A DNA stretch of 64,000 bases from Acidobacteriota bacterium (GTDB taxonomy: Bacteria > Acidobacteriota > UBA6911 > RPQK01 > JAJDTT01): positions 5,440,001-5,504,000 of the forward strand of contig CBDCJH010000002.1 in assembly GCA_965217775.1 (NCBI GenBank), given 5' to 3'. Below the pieces are notes generated by a model, which was not told where the DNA came from, ran no database searches, and worked only from the letters and a program-made list of their open reading frames with translations. Below, one piece after another: positions 19,865-29,215 of the stretch; position 1 is the first letter of the stretch; every line of letters begins with the position of its first letter. Both the position numbers and the translations under genes were made by a program.

Positions 19865-20605
19865 TCATCTCCGAGTCTTGGCCAGAATCATTGCACCTCT
19901 CCAGCGGATTGCCTTGAGTTGCTCCAGCTTCATCTCGAGGGAAGTGCCGGGCAGGTCGCTGTCCGCCAGGGTCAGGAGCAGGGGGATGGTCCTTCCCGAC
20001 TTGGGTTTGATGCTCATCTCCTTCCAGGAAAAGAGGACCTCCAAGGTGGCGGTGTGCTGTTTCTGTCTGGCCGTGACGATGGGAGCGGAGGTGGCGGTTT
20101 CCATACCCCTGTAACCCTTCAGCAGGCGGTGCCATCCAAAGGGTCCCCGGCTTTCGATGCGAGGCGTCATCCAGAAGGTGTAGTCATAGTCGGACCGGCG
20201 AATGTGGAATTTCAGGTAGTCGTAGAAGAGCGTCCGGTCCCGGCGTCTCCGATCGGGAGTCAGCCAGACCGCATCCCGCCTGCGGACACGCTCGATATCC
20301 CAGATGTTGTCGGTCCAGTGCATGGCCAGATAGAGGTTTTCCTTGTCCCAGAGGCCCTGAATTCGAAGCTCGACGTCTCCTTCCTCGAACCCTTCGTCGC
20401 CGCTTGAGGGCAGGAGCTTCAACCAGGGAACTCCCTGCCACTCGTCGGTGAACCCGTCGATTTGGATGTGCCTCTGGCGTTCAGGAATCTCCCAGCGCTG
20501 CTGCGCCAGAACCGGGACGTCACCCAGGAAGAAGCAAGCCAGAAGAGTCAATGATGCTGTTTTGGGAACTAGGAGTCTGCGCTGGCTCCAGGTCAAGGTC
20601 TTCAC
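19865..20605 (-). CDS. secreted CBM9/DOMON-like domain protein
   Basis: Signal peptide. IDGFTDEW and WDKENLYLA patterns. Confidence 0.6.
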   Translation of the reverse strand: MKTLTWSQRRLLVPKTASLTLLACFFLGDVPVLAQQRWEIPERQRHIQIDGFTDEWQGVPWLKLLPSSGDEGFEEGDVELRIQGLWDKENLYLAMHWTDNIWDIERVRRRDAVWLTPDRRRRDRTLFYDYLKFHIRRSDYDYTFWMTPRIESRGPFGWHRLLKGYRGMETATSAPIVTARQKQHTATLEVLFSWKEMSIKPKSGRTIPLLLTLADSDLPGTSLEMKLEQLKAIRWRGAMILAKTRR

Positions 20606-20653
20606 CCCTACACTGATCCGATCATAGTTTTCAGGAGCAAATGCATTGTAGCA

Positions 20654-20901
20654 CCCGGACGAGGGAAAAGAGGAAACAGAGGGAGCTGTCGGTGATGTTT
20701 TCGGTGCGGAGTTTGGAAAAGGAGGGTGAGGAAATTTCTACCGCTTGGTACCCGGGTTGGTCGGAGAAACAGAGTGTCGCGTCGATCTGAGTCAGGTGTC
20801 CGTGACGAGACCATTTTCCGTGCTGACGCCGCTGGGCGTAAACTACGCACCTTTCTTCACTCTTTTCCTCTTTTCTCGTTCCTCTTTTCTCCCCTTCCGG
20901 G
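20654..20901 (+). ncRNA. candidate structured intergenic RNA (unassigned)
   Basis: Nested complementary segments, described under findings. Confidence 0.35.
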
Positions 20902-20976
20902 GCTTGTCAGGCGGTCCTCCTGAAGCGTACTCTCTGCCGGTAGCCGGAATAAGCCCGGCGGTCGCGACGATGGTAA

Positions 20977-21134
20977 CAGTCCGTGGTGAAAGTCCCGCGA
21001 GCACCGAGACCGTTCCTGCGCCCGCCGGACAAGGCGCGATTCGGGTGCATACCGGGAGTATGTGCCCGAATCGCAACGCCGTCCGCCGGGATGCAGGGAC
21101 GGTCGAATGCCGTGATGACTTTTGCCACGGGCTG
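20977..21134. mobile_element. ~160-bp imperfect palindromic MITE-like element
   Basis: Ends CAGTCCGTGGTGAAAGTC / GACTTTTGCCACGGGCTG. Internal arms GACCGTTCCTGC/GCAGGGACGGTC and GCGATTCGGG/CCCGAATCGC. Partial second copy at 16405. Confidence 0.65.
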
Positions 21135-21140
21135 GTAAGG

Positions 21141-21557
21141 ATGCCCTCCGTTCTTTTCGTATGCACCGGCAACTCCGCCCGCAGCCAGATGGCCGAGGGT
21201 TTCGCTCGGCGCCATGGTTCGAAATGGGTCCGGGTGGAGAGCGCGGGTGTCCGCCCAGCCGGTCTCAACCCGTATGCCGTCTGGGCCATGAACGAGGTGG
21301 GTATCGATATTTCGCAGCAGACTTCCGACGCGCTGGGAGACAAGGATCTCCGGCGCTACGATCATTTCATTACCCTGTGCGGGAACGCCCGGGACTCGTG
21401 TCCGGTGCTGCCGGCGGAGCTTCGATCGGAACATTGGGACCTTCCCGACCCGGCGCGGATCTGGGGGACTCCTGAGGAAAGGATGAGCGGCTTTCGGGTG
21501 GTCCGGTATTTGATCGAGCAACGGGTCCTGGAGCTGCTGAATCGGCTCACTCGTTGA
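21141..21557 (+). CDS. arsC: thioredoxin-coupled arsenate reductase / LMW-PTP family
   Basis: VLFVCTGNSARSQMAEG, TLCGNARDSCP, HWDLPDPA. Confidence 0.88.
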   Translation: MPSVLFVCTGNSARSQMAEGFARRHGSKWVRVESAGVRPAGLNPYAVWAMNEVGIDISQQTSDALGDKDLRRYDHFITLCGNARDSCPVLPAELRSEHWDLPDPARIWGTPEERMSGFRVVRYLIEQRVLELLNRLTR

Positions 21558-21602
21558 GGAAGCATGTGACGGCTGACGTTGGAGGCTGCTAGAATCCAAG
21601 CC

Positions 21603-21893
21603 ATGTTCCGGTCTTTTCTCTGCGCCGTATTGTTGTTGACGCTACTTCAGCCCGCGTGTTTCTGGCGGAAGAAACCCATCGAAGAAAGGGTCTTCGACGT
21701 CTACGGGACGGTGGAGTCCATCAACCCGGACGAGTTGGTCATCACCGCCCGAAAGAAGGGCCGCCTCACCTTCGCCATGACCGACGCCTCCATCAAGGGA
21801 GGAGATTTCGGACCCGGCGCCTACGTCCACACCTACTACAAGCTGAAGGGCGACGTGAAAGAGGTGACCATGGTCGTCGAGAAGATCGATTGA
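21603..21893 (+). CDS. small lipoprotein (OB-fold-like)
   Basis: Lipobox-like QPAC, short beta-rich domain. Confidence 0.6.
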   Translation: MFRSFLCAVLLLTLLQPACFWRKKPIEERVFDVYGTVESINPDELVITARKKGRLTFAMTDASIKGGDFGPGAYVHTYYKLKGDVKEVTMVVEKID

Positions 21894-21910
21894 AACTGAA
21901 CTGTGAAGCC

Positions 21911-22696
21911 ATGAGTGGCTCGATTCGACTTCCCAAGGATTTTGATCGTTACCTGACCATACCCAACGCCGAGGCCCGTTTGGACGAGGCCATGGAAGTG
22001 GGGGAGAAGATGGCCGGGGCCGGGATACCCCTCCTTCCCAATCCGGACCACGCGGCCATCTTCAGCGATCCTCCGCACTTGGTCGCCGGCCCACTGAGGG
22101 AACTTGGGTATGTGGCCGGATGGGACACTCGTTGCTACCCCTCGCCGGTGGACGGCCACGACTACATCAACGTTCCATCGGGTCTTCCGGGAAACAGCGC
22201 CGCCAGAGACCAGGGCTGGTTCGACTACGTCGCCGTGGTCCATCCGGTCGATCAGCCGGCCCGGAATCAAATGCTCCGGCAGGGACACGGCAATCCATTC
22301 ATCCATCACATCACGTGGGGCATCGCGCCGCCGGATTCCGGTGGTTCGGAAGAGTCTCTGGAGCGAGCCGGCCGGATCATCTCCTTTATGGCTGAAGTCA
22401 GGACCCGGATCCCAGGCTTGCTGGCCTCGGAGCCGGGAACCCTGATCATGGCCCTTCCCCGGGAAATCGCCGAAAACCCGGAGTTGGAAAGCCGGCTACC
22501 CGGTTGGCTCGGTGATTTGACGGAGGAGGATTACCAGATCGAGACCATGCAGGGGGGCGGATTCCTGCTCCAGTTCTTCGTGCTGACCGGCGGCAGAATC
22601 GAGGTCGCCCTTCGCTCCGGCACTCGGCAGACCTTCAACCCCAAGAGCGTCCACAAAATTTCCCGCGACGAGATCAGCACCGACCAGGCGGACTGA
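21911..22696 (+). CDS. hypothetical protein, probable VOC/HPPD-C-like metalloenzyme
   Basis: PDHAA...FIHHIT...GFLLQFF...RIEVALR. C-terminal part of ORF 21656..22696. Confidence 0.6.
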   Translation: MSGSIRLPKDFDRYLTIPNAEARLDEAMEVGEKMAGAGIPLLPNPDHAAIFSDPPHLVAGPLRELGYVAGWDTRCYPSPVDGHDYINVPSGLPGNSAARDQGWFDYVAVVHPVDQPARNQMLRQGHGNPFIHHITWGIAPPDSGGSEESLERAGRIISFMAEVRTRIPGLLASEPGTLIMALPREIAENPELESRLPGWLGDLTEEDYQIETMQGGGFLLQFFVLTGGRIEVALRSGTRQTFNPKSVHKISRDEISTDQAD

Positions 22697-22850
22697 CTCG
22701 AATAAGGTTGACCTCTCTCAGAGGGGTCCCGACCACTCGTTCAGGAAGTGCTGACCGGTTCTCCACACTCTTTCCTCGGCAGCAACAATGTCACCGGCCG
22801 ACATTACAATCGCCGTCCGCCGTTGGACGATTAGGAAACCTTAAGGGAAT

Positions 22851-24446
22851 ATGACGGAAGATATAGCCAGAAGCGGCATTCTTACCCTGGCCGAAGCTGC
22901 GGCATTCATGCGTGTGAGCGAGAAGACCCTGGGAGAAATGGCTCGGACCCGGCGCGTACCTTCGCAGAAGGTCGGCCGTGAGTGGCGTTTCTTGCGCGCT
23001 GACCTTGAAGCGTGGCTGGCTGGACCCATCCGGCGATCAGCAAATGGAGGTGCGAATCGTTTCACGGCTGGACCCGCGTCTGTCCGGGAAGCGATTGCCG
23101 AGGGGGGCGTGAAATACGAACTTCTGCCGGTTTCGGGATTTCGGGATACTGCGTTCTCACGAAACCGTGCCAGCACGCTCCACCGATGGGTCCCGTGGGT
23201 CGCCGGCTTCTCTGGGTCGTTCGTCGCCGGAGTGCTCGACGCGGTGCGGAGTCGGAGTCGTCGGATGTTTGTCTTGGACCCGTTCGCAGGCGTGGGTACA
23301 ACCTTGATCGAAGCGCTCAAGCAGGGCGACGACGCGATCGGCTTTGAGATCAATCCTTACGCTGCGCTGGCATGTAAGACCAAAATCCAGACCGCAAAAT
23401 ACGATGTCTCCATCCTGGAGACGATGATTGCTCGCTTTGAGGATTACGGCGAGGAAGAATCGTGGCTGAACGGAAAACCCACATCGAGACGACCGCGCGG
23501 CTTTCGTAGTCGAGTTCCGTTTTTCAGTCCGGACATCGAGCTGCAAGTTCTAGCGTGTCTGGACTTCATCGAAGAGCAAACGACGGGTTGGGTCAAGGAC
23601 CTGTTTCAGGTTGCCTTCGGGTCGGTCATGGTCAGCGTTTCCAACTACTCCTACGAGCCAAGCCTCGGCACGCGCGCTGGCGCCGGCAAGCCCAACATCG
23701 AAATTGCCGACGTTTTCGGCATCGTCCGGCGCAAGTTGTTGCAGATTCGCCAGGATATCGTGACATTCCAAGGTTGGATGGCCAAGCATGGCCGGACTCC
23801 GTCGGCGACGGTTCACCCGCTCTCCTACTTGGACCACGCGCATCGGATCGAGCCCCATAGCATCGATGTGGTCATTACGTCGCCACCGTACCTGAACAAC
23901 TATCACTACTTGAGAAATACGCGTCCTCACTTGTACTGGCTCGGGATGGTTCACGAACCTTCCCAATTGAAAGCTATCGAACATCGGAGCTTTGGACGGT
24001 TCTGGCAGACGGTTCGATCCGGTCCCGAAGTCGTATTGAACCCCTGTATGCCTCAACTGGCAGAAAAGTTACGGGAACTGAGGGGGCGCCATCCGGAAAA
24101 AGGTGTCTACGGAGGCTCAGGATGGGCAAACTACGCTACCGTTTACTTCAATGATTGCCAGCGATTCTGCGCCGACACCCTGATTCGCATGCGCCCCGGT
24201 GGCACGGTTGTGGTCGTCATCGGCAACAATATTCTGCAAGGCATGGAGTTCCAGACGGATCGATTGTTTGCCGAAATCGCGGAGAGGGAAGGGTTCAAAA
24301 TAATTGACATGCATGAGGTGCGCAAGAAACGTACCGGAAACAGCATCATCAACTCATCCGTGCGGGTCGGGAGCGTAAAAAAGAAAGTCCGGTTGTACGA
24401 AACTGCGGTGGAACTCCGTGCACCTGAATCACCGCATATCAACTAG
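22851..24446 (+). CDS. amino-DNA methyltransferase (probably N4-C) with N-terminal excisionase-type HTH
   Basis: LTLAEAAAFMRVS...KVGREWRF HTH, DPFAGVGTT (motif I), TSPPY (motif IV). Confidence 0.88.
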   Translation: MTEDIARSGILTLAEAAAFMRVSEKTLGEMARTRRVPSQKVGREWRFLRADLEAWLAGPIRRSANGGANRFTAGPASVREAIAEGGVKYELLPVSGFRDTAFSRNRASTLHRWVPWVAGFSGSFVAGVLDAVRSRSRRMFVLDPFAGVGTTLIEALKQGDDAIGFEINPYAALACKTKIQTAKYDVSILETMIARFEDYGEEESWLNGKPTSRRPRGFRSRVPFFSPDIELQVLACLDFIEEQTTGWVKDLFQVAFGSVMVSVSNYSYEPSLGTRAGAGKPNIEIADVFGIVRRKLLQIRQDIVTFQGWMAKHGRTPSATVHPLSYLDHAHRIEPHSIDVVITSPPYLNNYHYLRNTRPHLYWLGMVHEPSQLKAIEHRSFGRFWQTVRSGPEVVLNPCMPQLAEKLRELRGRHPEKGVYGGSGWANYATVYFNDCQRFCADTLIRMRPGGTVVVVIGNNILQGMEFQTDRLFAEIAEREGFKIIDMHEVRKKRTGNSIINSSVRVGSVKKKVRLYETAVELRAPESPHIN

Positions 24447-25007
24447 CCGCTTTACGATCTGTTTCAGATTCTCCTCGGCCTTCAACTTTGCAGCCCATGA
24501 CCTTCCCGGATGAACGATATCCTAGCGTGGACGCCGCATATTGCGGCGCCCCTTTCCAGGATCATGGTTGCCGAACCCGTCGATTACGGTATTCCAGATC
24601 GGCTGGAAGTGTTCGAGCAGGAATCGTTCTGCCGGATTGATCCAAACCGGGACGACTACCAAATAACGGCAGTGAAATTCGCTCAAGGTGAGATTGTCGA
24701 CTTGTTCGATTGATCGGGCATGTTGTCTCAAGCGTAGGTACAACGCTCTGCCCGCTGCCGGACTCTTCTTTTTGCTGCCTTTTCTCCCACCCTGGGGTAT
24801 AGCCTTGCCCACATAGATCGGTGTGGCCGATTCACGACTAGCGACCCGAGAGTAGAAGGGTAATTCTCCGCGGTAATACAGTGCGTACACGCTTGAGCCA
24901 GCAAAAGCCTCGGCCGGAGGCAACTCTGTAGGTGGAGTTTCCAGAAGAGCGCGCACCACACTGTGTGCGAGATTGTCGTAGTCGAGCGGATCGTAAGATG
25001 CGTCCAT
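24429..25007 (-). pseudogene. Eco29kI-family GIY-YIG restriction endonuclease interrupted by TAG at 24522-24524
   Basis: VYALYY, PIYVGKA, RLRQH, P.WN..IDGFGNHDPGKGR. The frame continues past the TAG as DIVHPGRSWAAKL... to TGA at 24429. Confidence 0.87.
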
Positions 25008-25330
25008 ATCCCAGGTAGTCCGGTTCTCGGAACTCGCTCAGGATCGGCGACCGACAACAAGTATTGGATCGATCAGTCAGCCACCCTCAACACCGACCAT
25101 TACTGGGACAGCAGGTTACCGCATGCCGAACGTCACGTCATCGAAGTGACCACATTCAGATCGCGTTTAACACTCCCCCTGTCTGAGGAGTGATGGCTCC
25201 AAAGGCCACAGTAGCGGTCGATGCGTGTTCGGATGAACCAGCGTACACGAAACCGACCTTAAATTTTCTGAGTCCAGCCACAGATCTGAAGACACCTTCC
25301 ACCAATGAGAGATCCAAGGCTTACGTATCG

Positions 25331-26743
25331 TCACCGCCGGGCGTCCGGGCTTCGTTTGACAAGTCTGTCCTCACCGAAAACCATCTCGGACTGGTGGCCG
25401 GCGACCAATGCCTTGATGCTTTGAATCACGTCCGGGTAGAGGTGGGCCACGTCGTACTGCTCACCGGGGTCCCGGCCCAGGTGGTAAAGCAACGGCGGAT
25501 CGTGGTGCGTCTCGGGTTCGGTCCGGCCGGTATAGACCGGCTTGGTGATGAAGTGGGCCTTGAAGTCGCCCTGTCGGACGGCGTAGAGCTTCGACTCCCG
25601 ATAGAAGAACATGCTCTTGCGCGGGCTCTCCCCGCTGCCGAACAGAGCCGGGGTCAGATCGTAGCTGTCCATTACTCGGTCGGACGGCGGTTCAGCGCCG
25701 GCGAGAGCGCAGAACGTAGCGAACAGGTCCAGCGTGGAGCCGATCCCCATCACGACCCCCTTGGCGAGCCGCCCTGGCCACCAGAAAATGGTGGGTTCCC
25801 GCATACCCCCTTCCCAAGTCGCCCCCTTTCCCTCGCGGAGCAGTCCCGCCGATCCGCCATGCTCTTTGTAGGGAAGCCACGGGCCGTTGTCCGACGTAAA
25901 CACTACGAGCGTGCGCTCGGCTATTCCCAGATCGTTGAGGGCCATCATGATCCGACCCACGCCGTGATCGATCTCCTCCACCACGTCGCCGTACAGGCCA
26001 CGTTTGCTGGTTCCCAGAAAGTCCTCCGACGCGAACAGCGGCACGTGGGGCAGGTTGTGGGCCAGATAGAGGAAGAAAGGCCGCTCCCGGTTCTCCCGAA
26101 TGAACCGGACCGCTGCTTCGGAATACCGCTTGGTGATGGTCCGCTGGTCGGCCGGCCGTTCCACGACCTCCCGGTCCCGGAGCAGGGGGACGTTCCAATA
26201 CTCGATTCGCGCCGTCTTCACCAGATCCCGGGTCGATCCTTTCCGCGTCTGGTCCATGTCGTTGGAATAGGGGATGCCGAAGTAGGAATCGAAGCCGTTG
26301 TTGGTGGGCAGAAATCGGGGCAGGTGTCCAAGGTGCCACTTCCCGATGCAGGCGGTGGCGTAACCCTCAGCCCGGAGCGCCTCCGCCAGCGTGACCTCGT
26401 TTTCGGGAATTCCGCTTGCAGAATCGGGGAACAGCACCCGGCTCTTCGGACTCATCATGCCGTTGCGCACCGGCAGCCGTCCCGTGAGGAGAGCGGCGCG
26501 GCTGGGGGTGCAGACGCTGGCGGCCGCATAGAAGTGAGTCCACTTCTGCCCCTCCTGGGCCATGCGGTCCAGATTCGGGGTCCGGATGGTGGGGTGCCCG
26601 AAGGTCCCCAGATCCCCGTATCCCAGATCGTCGCAGAATATGACGACCAGGTTGGGGCGAATGGTTTCGGATGGCGCCTGGCAGGCGAATACCGGTAGCG
26701 CGAGTGCCAGGATCTGGTACCGGAGCAGTCGAGTGGTTTTCAT
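25331..26743 (-). CDS. Cys-type sulfatase (arylsulfatase family), probable lipoprotein
   Basis: DDLGYGD, CTPSRAALLTG, GKWHLG, SDNG. Confidence 0.94.
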   Translation of the reverse strand: MKTTRLLRYQILALALPVFACQAPSETIRPNLVVIFCDDLGYGDLGTFGHPTIRTPNLDRMAQEGQKWTHFYAAASVCTPSRAALLTGRLPVRNGMMSPKSRVLFPDSASGIPENEVTLAEALRAEGYATACIGKWHLGHLPRFLPTNNGFDSYFGIPYSNDMDQTRKGSTRDLVKTARIEYWNVPLLRDREVVERPADQRTITKRYSEAAVRFIRENRERPFFLYLAHNLPHVPLFASEDFLGTSKRGLYGDVVEEIDHGVGRIMMALNDLGIAERTLVVFTSDNGPWLPYKEHGGSAGLLREGKGATWEGGMREPTIFWWPGRLAKGVVMGIGSTLDLFATFCALAGAEPPSDRVMDSYDLTPALFGSGESPRKSMFFYRESKLYAVRQGDFKAHFITKPVYTGRTEPETHHDPPLLYHLGRDPGEQYDVAHLYPDVIQSIKALVAGHQSEMVFGEDRLVKRSPDARR

Positions 26744-26768
26744 GAGCCATCATCCCCCGCAGTATTCG

Positions 26769-29045
26769 TCAATACCGCCGGACCCGGGAAATCCGGATCT
26801 CGCCGATCTGTCCGAAGAAATTGCCAAATCCCAGCCAGTTGAACTTCCCGCCGTAGCGGGCGCGTCCGTTGAGGCGGCTCCCCACCGAAAACTGAGCCAG
26901 ATGCCGCCGGTTGTTGACCAGTCTGCGACCGTCCGGGCTCTTCATCTCCCAGATCAGCCGTCCGTCCAGATAGAGCTGGTGGAGGTCCTCGGCGTAGGAG
27001 TACTGCCAGGCGATGTGGTGCCAGGCGGTGTCGCGGATCCCCACCCATCTCGGAGCCGCCACCGTGCCCTCGGGACGGCTGTAAGGATGCAGGTCCCTGA
27101 GGGCCTGCTCCGGCACCGCCCCGAAAAAATGGACCCCCGGCGCCATGCCGCCGTCGGATGAACCCTGGTCGGAGAGGTAGAGCTCCCAGACCCCCCGTTC
27201 GGTGTTGTCGTAGGTGCCGCAGACGTGGCCGTAGTGGAATTCGCGAAAGTAGCCGTCGACGGGACCGGCTCTGCGGACCCACGCCTCCACCGTCCACTCG
27301 GTTTCGAGGGTCTGAAGATCCACCTTCCGGTTCCATTGGGGCCCGACGAAGCCCCCTTCTCCTCCTCCGATGAAATGGGGATAGCGTCCCCAACCCGGCC
27401 GTGGCAATCGCGTGTCTCCCTTGGTGTTGACCCAGGTCAGAGTCAATTCCGAATCTCCCATTACGTCCGGAATGTACCGGCCGCTGGGTCCCTGCCAGTC
27501 CCAGAGGACCACGGTCCGGTCATCGGGCCCGATCCGCCGGAGCTGCGCTGGAGCGACCTTCAATTCGAACTCCCGGGAAGCTCTCTGCCCTGCCGCATCG
27601 GTGGCCTGGAGCCGAAGGCTTCTGAGCTCCAGAGCCGTCGGGTTGCCAATGAGCTCACCCTGCTTCGCGTGGAGGGAGATCCCGTCTGGCAAGCTCCCCT
27701 CTGTCAGGCGCCAAGTCACCGGCTCCACCATATGACGAGTCTCAAGGGTCTGGCGGTACGGAGTTCCGATGAAGCCGACGGGGAGGGAGGTCGTGACCAC
27801 CTCGGCCGCCGCTACGGTGACGGCGAAGGTGTGCTCGTCGTCGTACCCGGCCGAATCGGTCGCACGCAGGGTGAAAGACTGTTCCTGGACCGGTTCCGCC
27901 GGCTGGCCTTCCAAGGTCCCCGCAGCCTCGTTGAAGGTCAATCCATCCGGCAGCTTTCCTCCGACATGCTCCCAGCGGACATCTTCCCGGGCCGCATCGG
28001 TGGAGAATTTCACGGAGTAGGGGGCGTGCAACCCGGCTTCAGGAAGCAGCCGCCGGACGATGGCCAATTTCTCGGCCACCGGGTAGCGCATGACGTCGGA
28101 GATGCGGAGCTCGTCCAGCTCCCCTTCGAAATCGTAGGTCTTGACGTGGTAGGGAGGGCCCAGTGAGTTGACGATCCCACCGACCATGAAGGGGATGTCG
28201 TTGCGTTCGGCGTCATTGATCACCCGCCGGCTCGGGGTGATCTTCCAGATCAGCTTCCCGTCCAGGAAAAGATAGTGGGTCTGGTCTTCGTAGCGGAACT
28301 GCCAGGCTACATGGCGCCATTCCGGCTGCTGAATGGCGTCGGCGTGGACCAGGGTTCCGGAACCGGCCTTGCGTCCCGCGTAGACATAGCCACCGGTGTC
28401 GCTGTGAGGCGCCCGCTTCTGCGAACCGATGAACCGGGCCGCCGGCAGCAGCCCGGGCTGAATCGGCCATTCGTCCAACCAGGAGTGCAGGCTGAAATCC
28501 CATCCGCCACGAACCCCGGGCGGCAGGCTGAAGCCCTCGTCGTCGGTCCCGCAAATCTTGGCGAAGGGACCCGCGGTTCCCGAACCCCGTGGTCGATAGG
28601 ACGCCGGGTGGTTCAAGCGGATTCCGCTCAGGGCGAATCCGTCATAGCGCACCCAGGCCTCCACCGTCCAAGCCTCGGTGCAGGTGCGCAATTCCAGCTT
28701 GTCGTTGTTCACCGGTCCGATCCGCAGGTTGGCGTCGTCCTCGCGAACCGTGAACTTGGCCGTGGCGCCGAATCCGGGACGGCTCCCCCACAAGGCCTTC
28801 TTGTGGGCCTTCAGAGTCAGGGCCGGATCGCCCATGGCGTCGTGGGAGTCCTCACCCTGACCCTCGTCAAAGTGGTACAGGACCACGGTGTGCGGGTCCG
28901 GGCGAAAGGGCTCGCGCAACGACGCCGGCAGGGAATCGGAAGCAGGAGTAGAGACGGCCCATGTTCCCAGAAACACCGCGGGGCCAATCCAACCCGCCCA
29001 GGTCAGGAAACGCCTCAGGCCAAGCTGTCCGCACTTCAAAAGCAT
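26769..29045 (-). CDS. secreted LamG - Ig - Ig - LamG protein
   Basis: Duplicated WTVEAWVR / W.H.AWQ / LDG.LIW / E.RIS motifs flank two G.LPDG.....G.L.G.P putative-Ig repeats. Confidence 0.75.
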   Translation of the reverse strand: MLLKCGQLGLRRFLTWAGWIGPAVFLGTWAVSTPASDSLPASLREPFRPDPHTVVLYHFDEGQGEDSHDAMGDPALTLKAHKKALWGSRPGFGATAKFTVREDDANLRIGPVNNDKLELRTCTEAWTVEAWVRYDGFALSGIRLNHPASYRPRGSGTAGPFAKICGTDDEGFSLPPGVRGGWDFSLHSWLDEWPIQPGLLPAARFIGSQKRAPHSDTGGYVYAGRKAGSGTLVHADAIQQPEWRHVAWQFRYEDQTHYLFLDGKLIWKITPSRRVINDAERNDIPFMVGGIVNSLGPPYHVKTYDFEGELDELRISDVMRYPVAEKLAIVRRLLPEAGLHAPYSVKFSTDAAREDVRWEHVGGKLPDGLTFNEAAGTLEGQPAEPVQEQSFTLRATDSAGYDDEHTFAVTVAAAEVVTTSLPVGFIGTPYRQTLETRHMVEPVTWRLTEGSLPDGISLHAKQGELIGNPTALELRSLRLQATDAAGQRASREFELKVAPAQLRRIGPDDRTVVLWDWQGPSGRYIPDVMGDSELTLTWVNTKGDTRLPRPGWGRYPHFIGGGEGGFVGPQWNRKVDLQTLETEWTVEAWVRRAGPVDGYFREFHYGHVCGTYDNTERGVWELYLSDQGSSDGGMAPGVHFFGAVPEQALRDLHPYSRPEGTVAAPRWVGIRDTAWHHIAWQYSYAEDLHQLYLDGRLIWEMKSPDGRRLVNNRRHLAQFSVGSRLNGRARYGGKFNWLGFGNFFGQIGEIRISRVRRY

Positions 29046-29157
29046 GTACAGACATTCAAGGAGCCAACGAAGGGGTTGTCAACGGAAGCGGTACGAGACC
29101 GACGAAGGTACGGGCTTGCTCTTGAATGAAAGCTAGCCTCAAACCCTGCGGATGAGG

Positions 29158-29186
29158 TTGACAATATTCCATGGATGGAATATATG
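29158..29186 (+). promoter_or_regulatory. sigma70-type promoter containing a palindromic operator
   Basis: TTGACA-N17-TATATG. Perfect inverted repeat ATATTCCA-tgga-TGGAATAT at 29164-29183. Confidence 0.7.
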
Positions 29187-29215
29187 GACGAACTGAGAAA
29201 GGAAGGGCTGAACAA

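Noticed and set aside
10725-24524. Genome-wide amber recoding (pyrrolysine or stop reassignment), suggested by two in-frame TAGs
   Set aside because: Many intact genes here end in TAG at family-typical C-termini (TonB receptors, apbC, amidohydrolase). TGG to TAG is a single transition. No pyl genes were seen.
25010-25330. Small ORF or gene remnant upstream of the nuclease
   Set aside because: No recognisable motif, RBS or repeat, so it cannot be supported.
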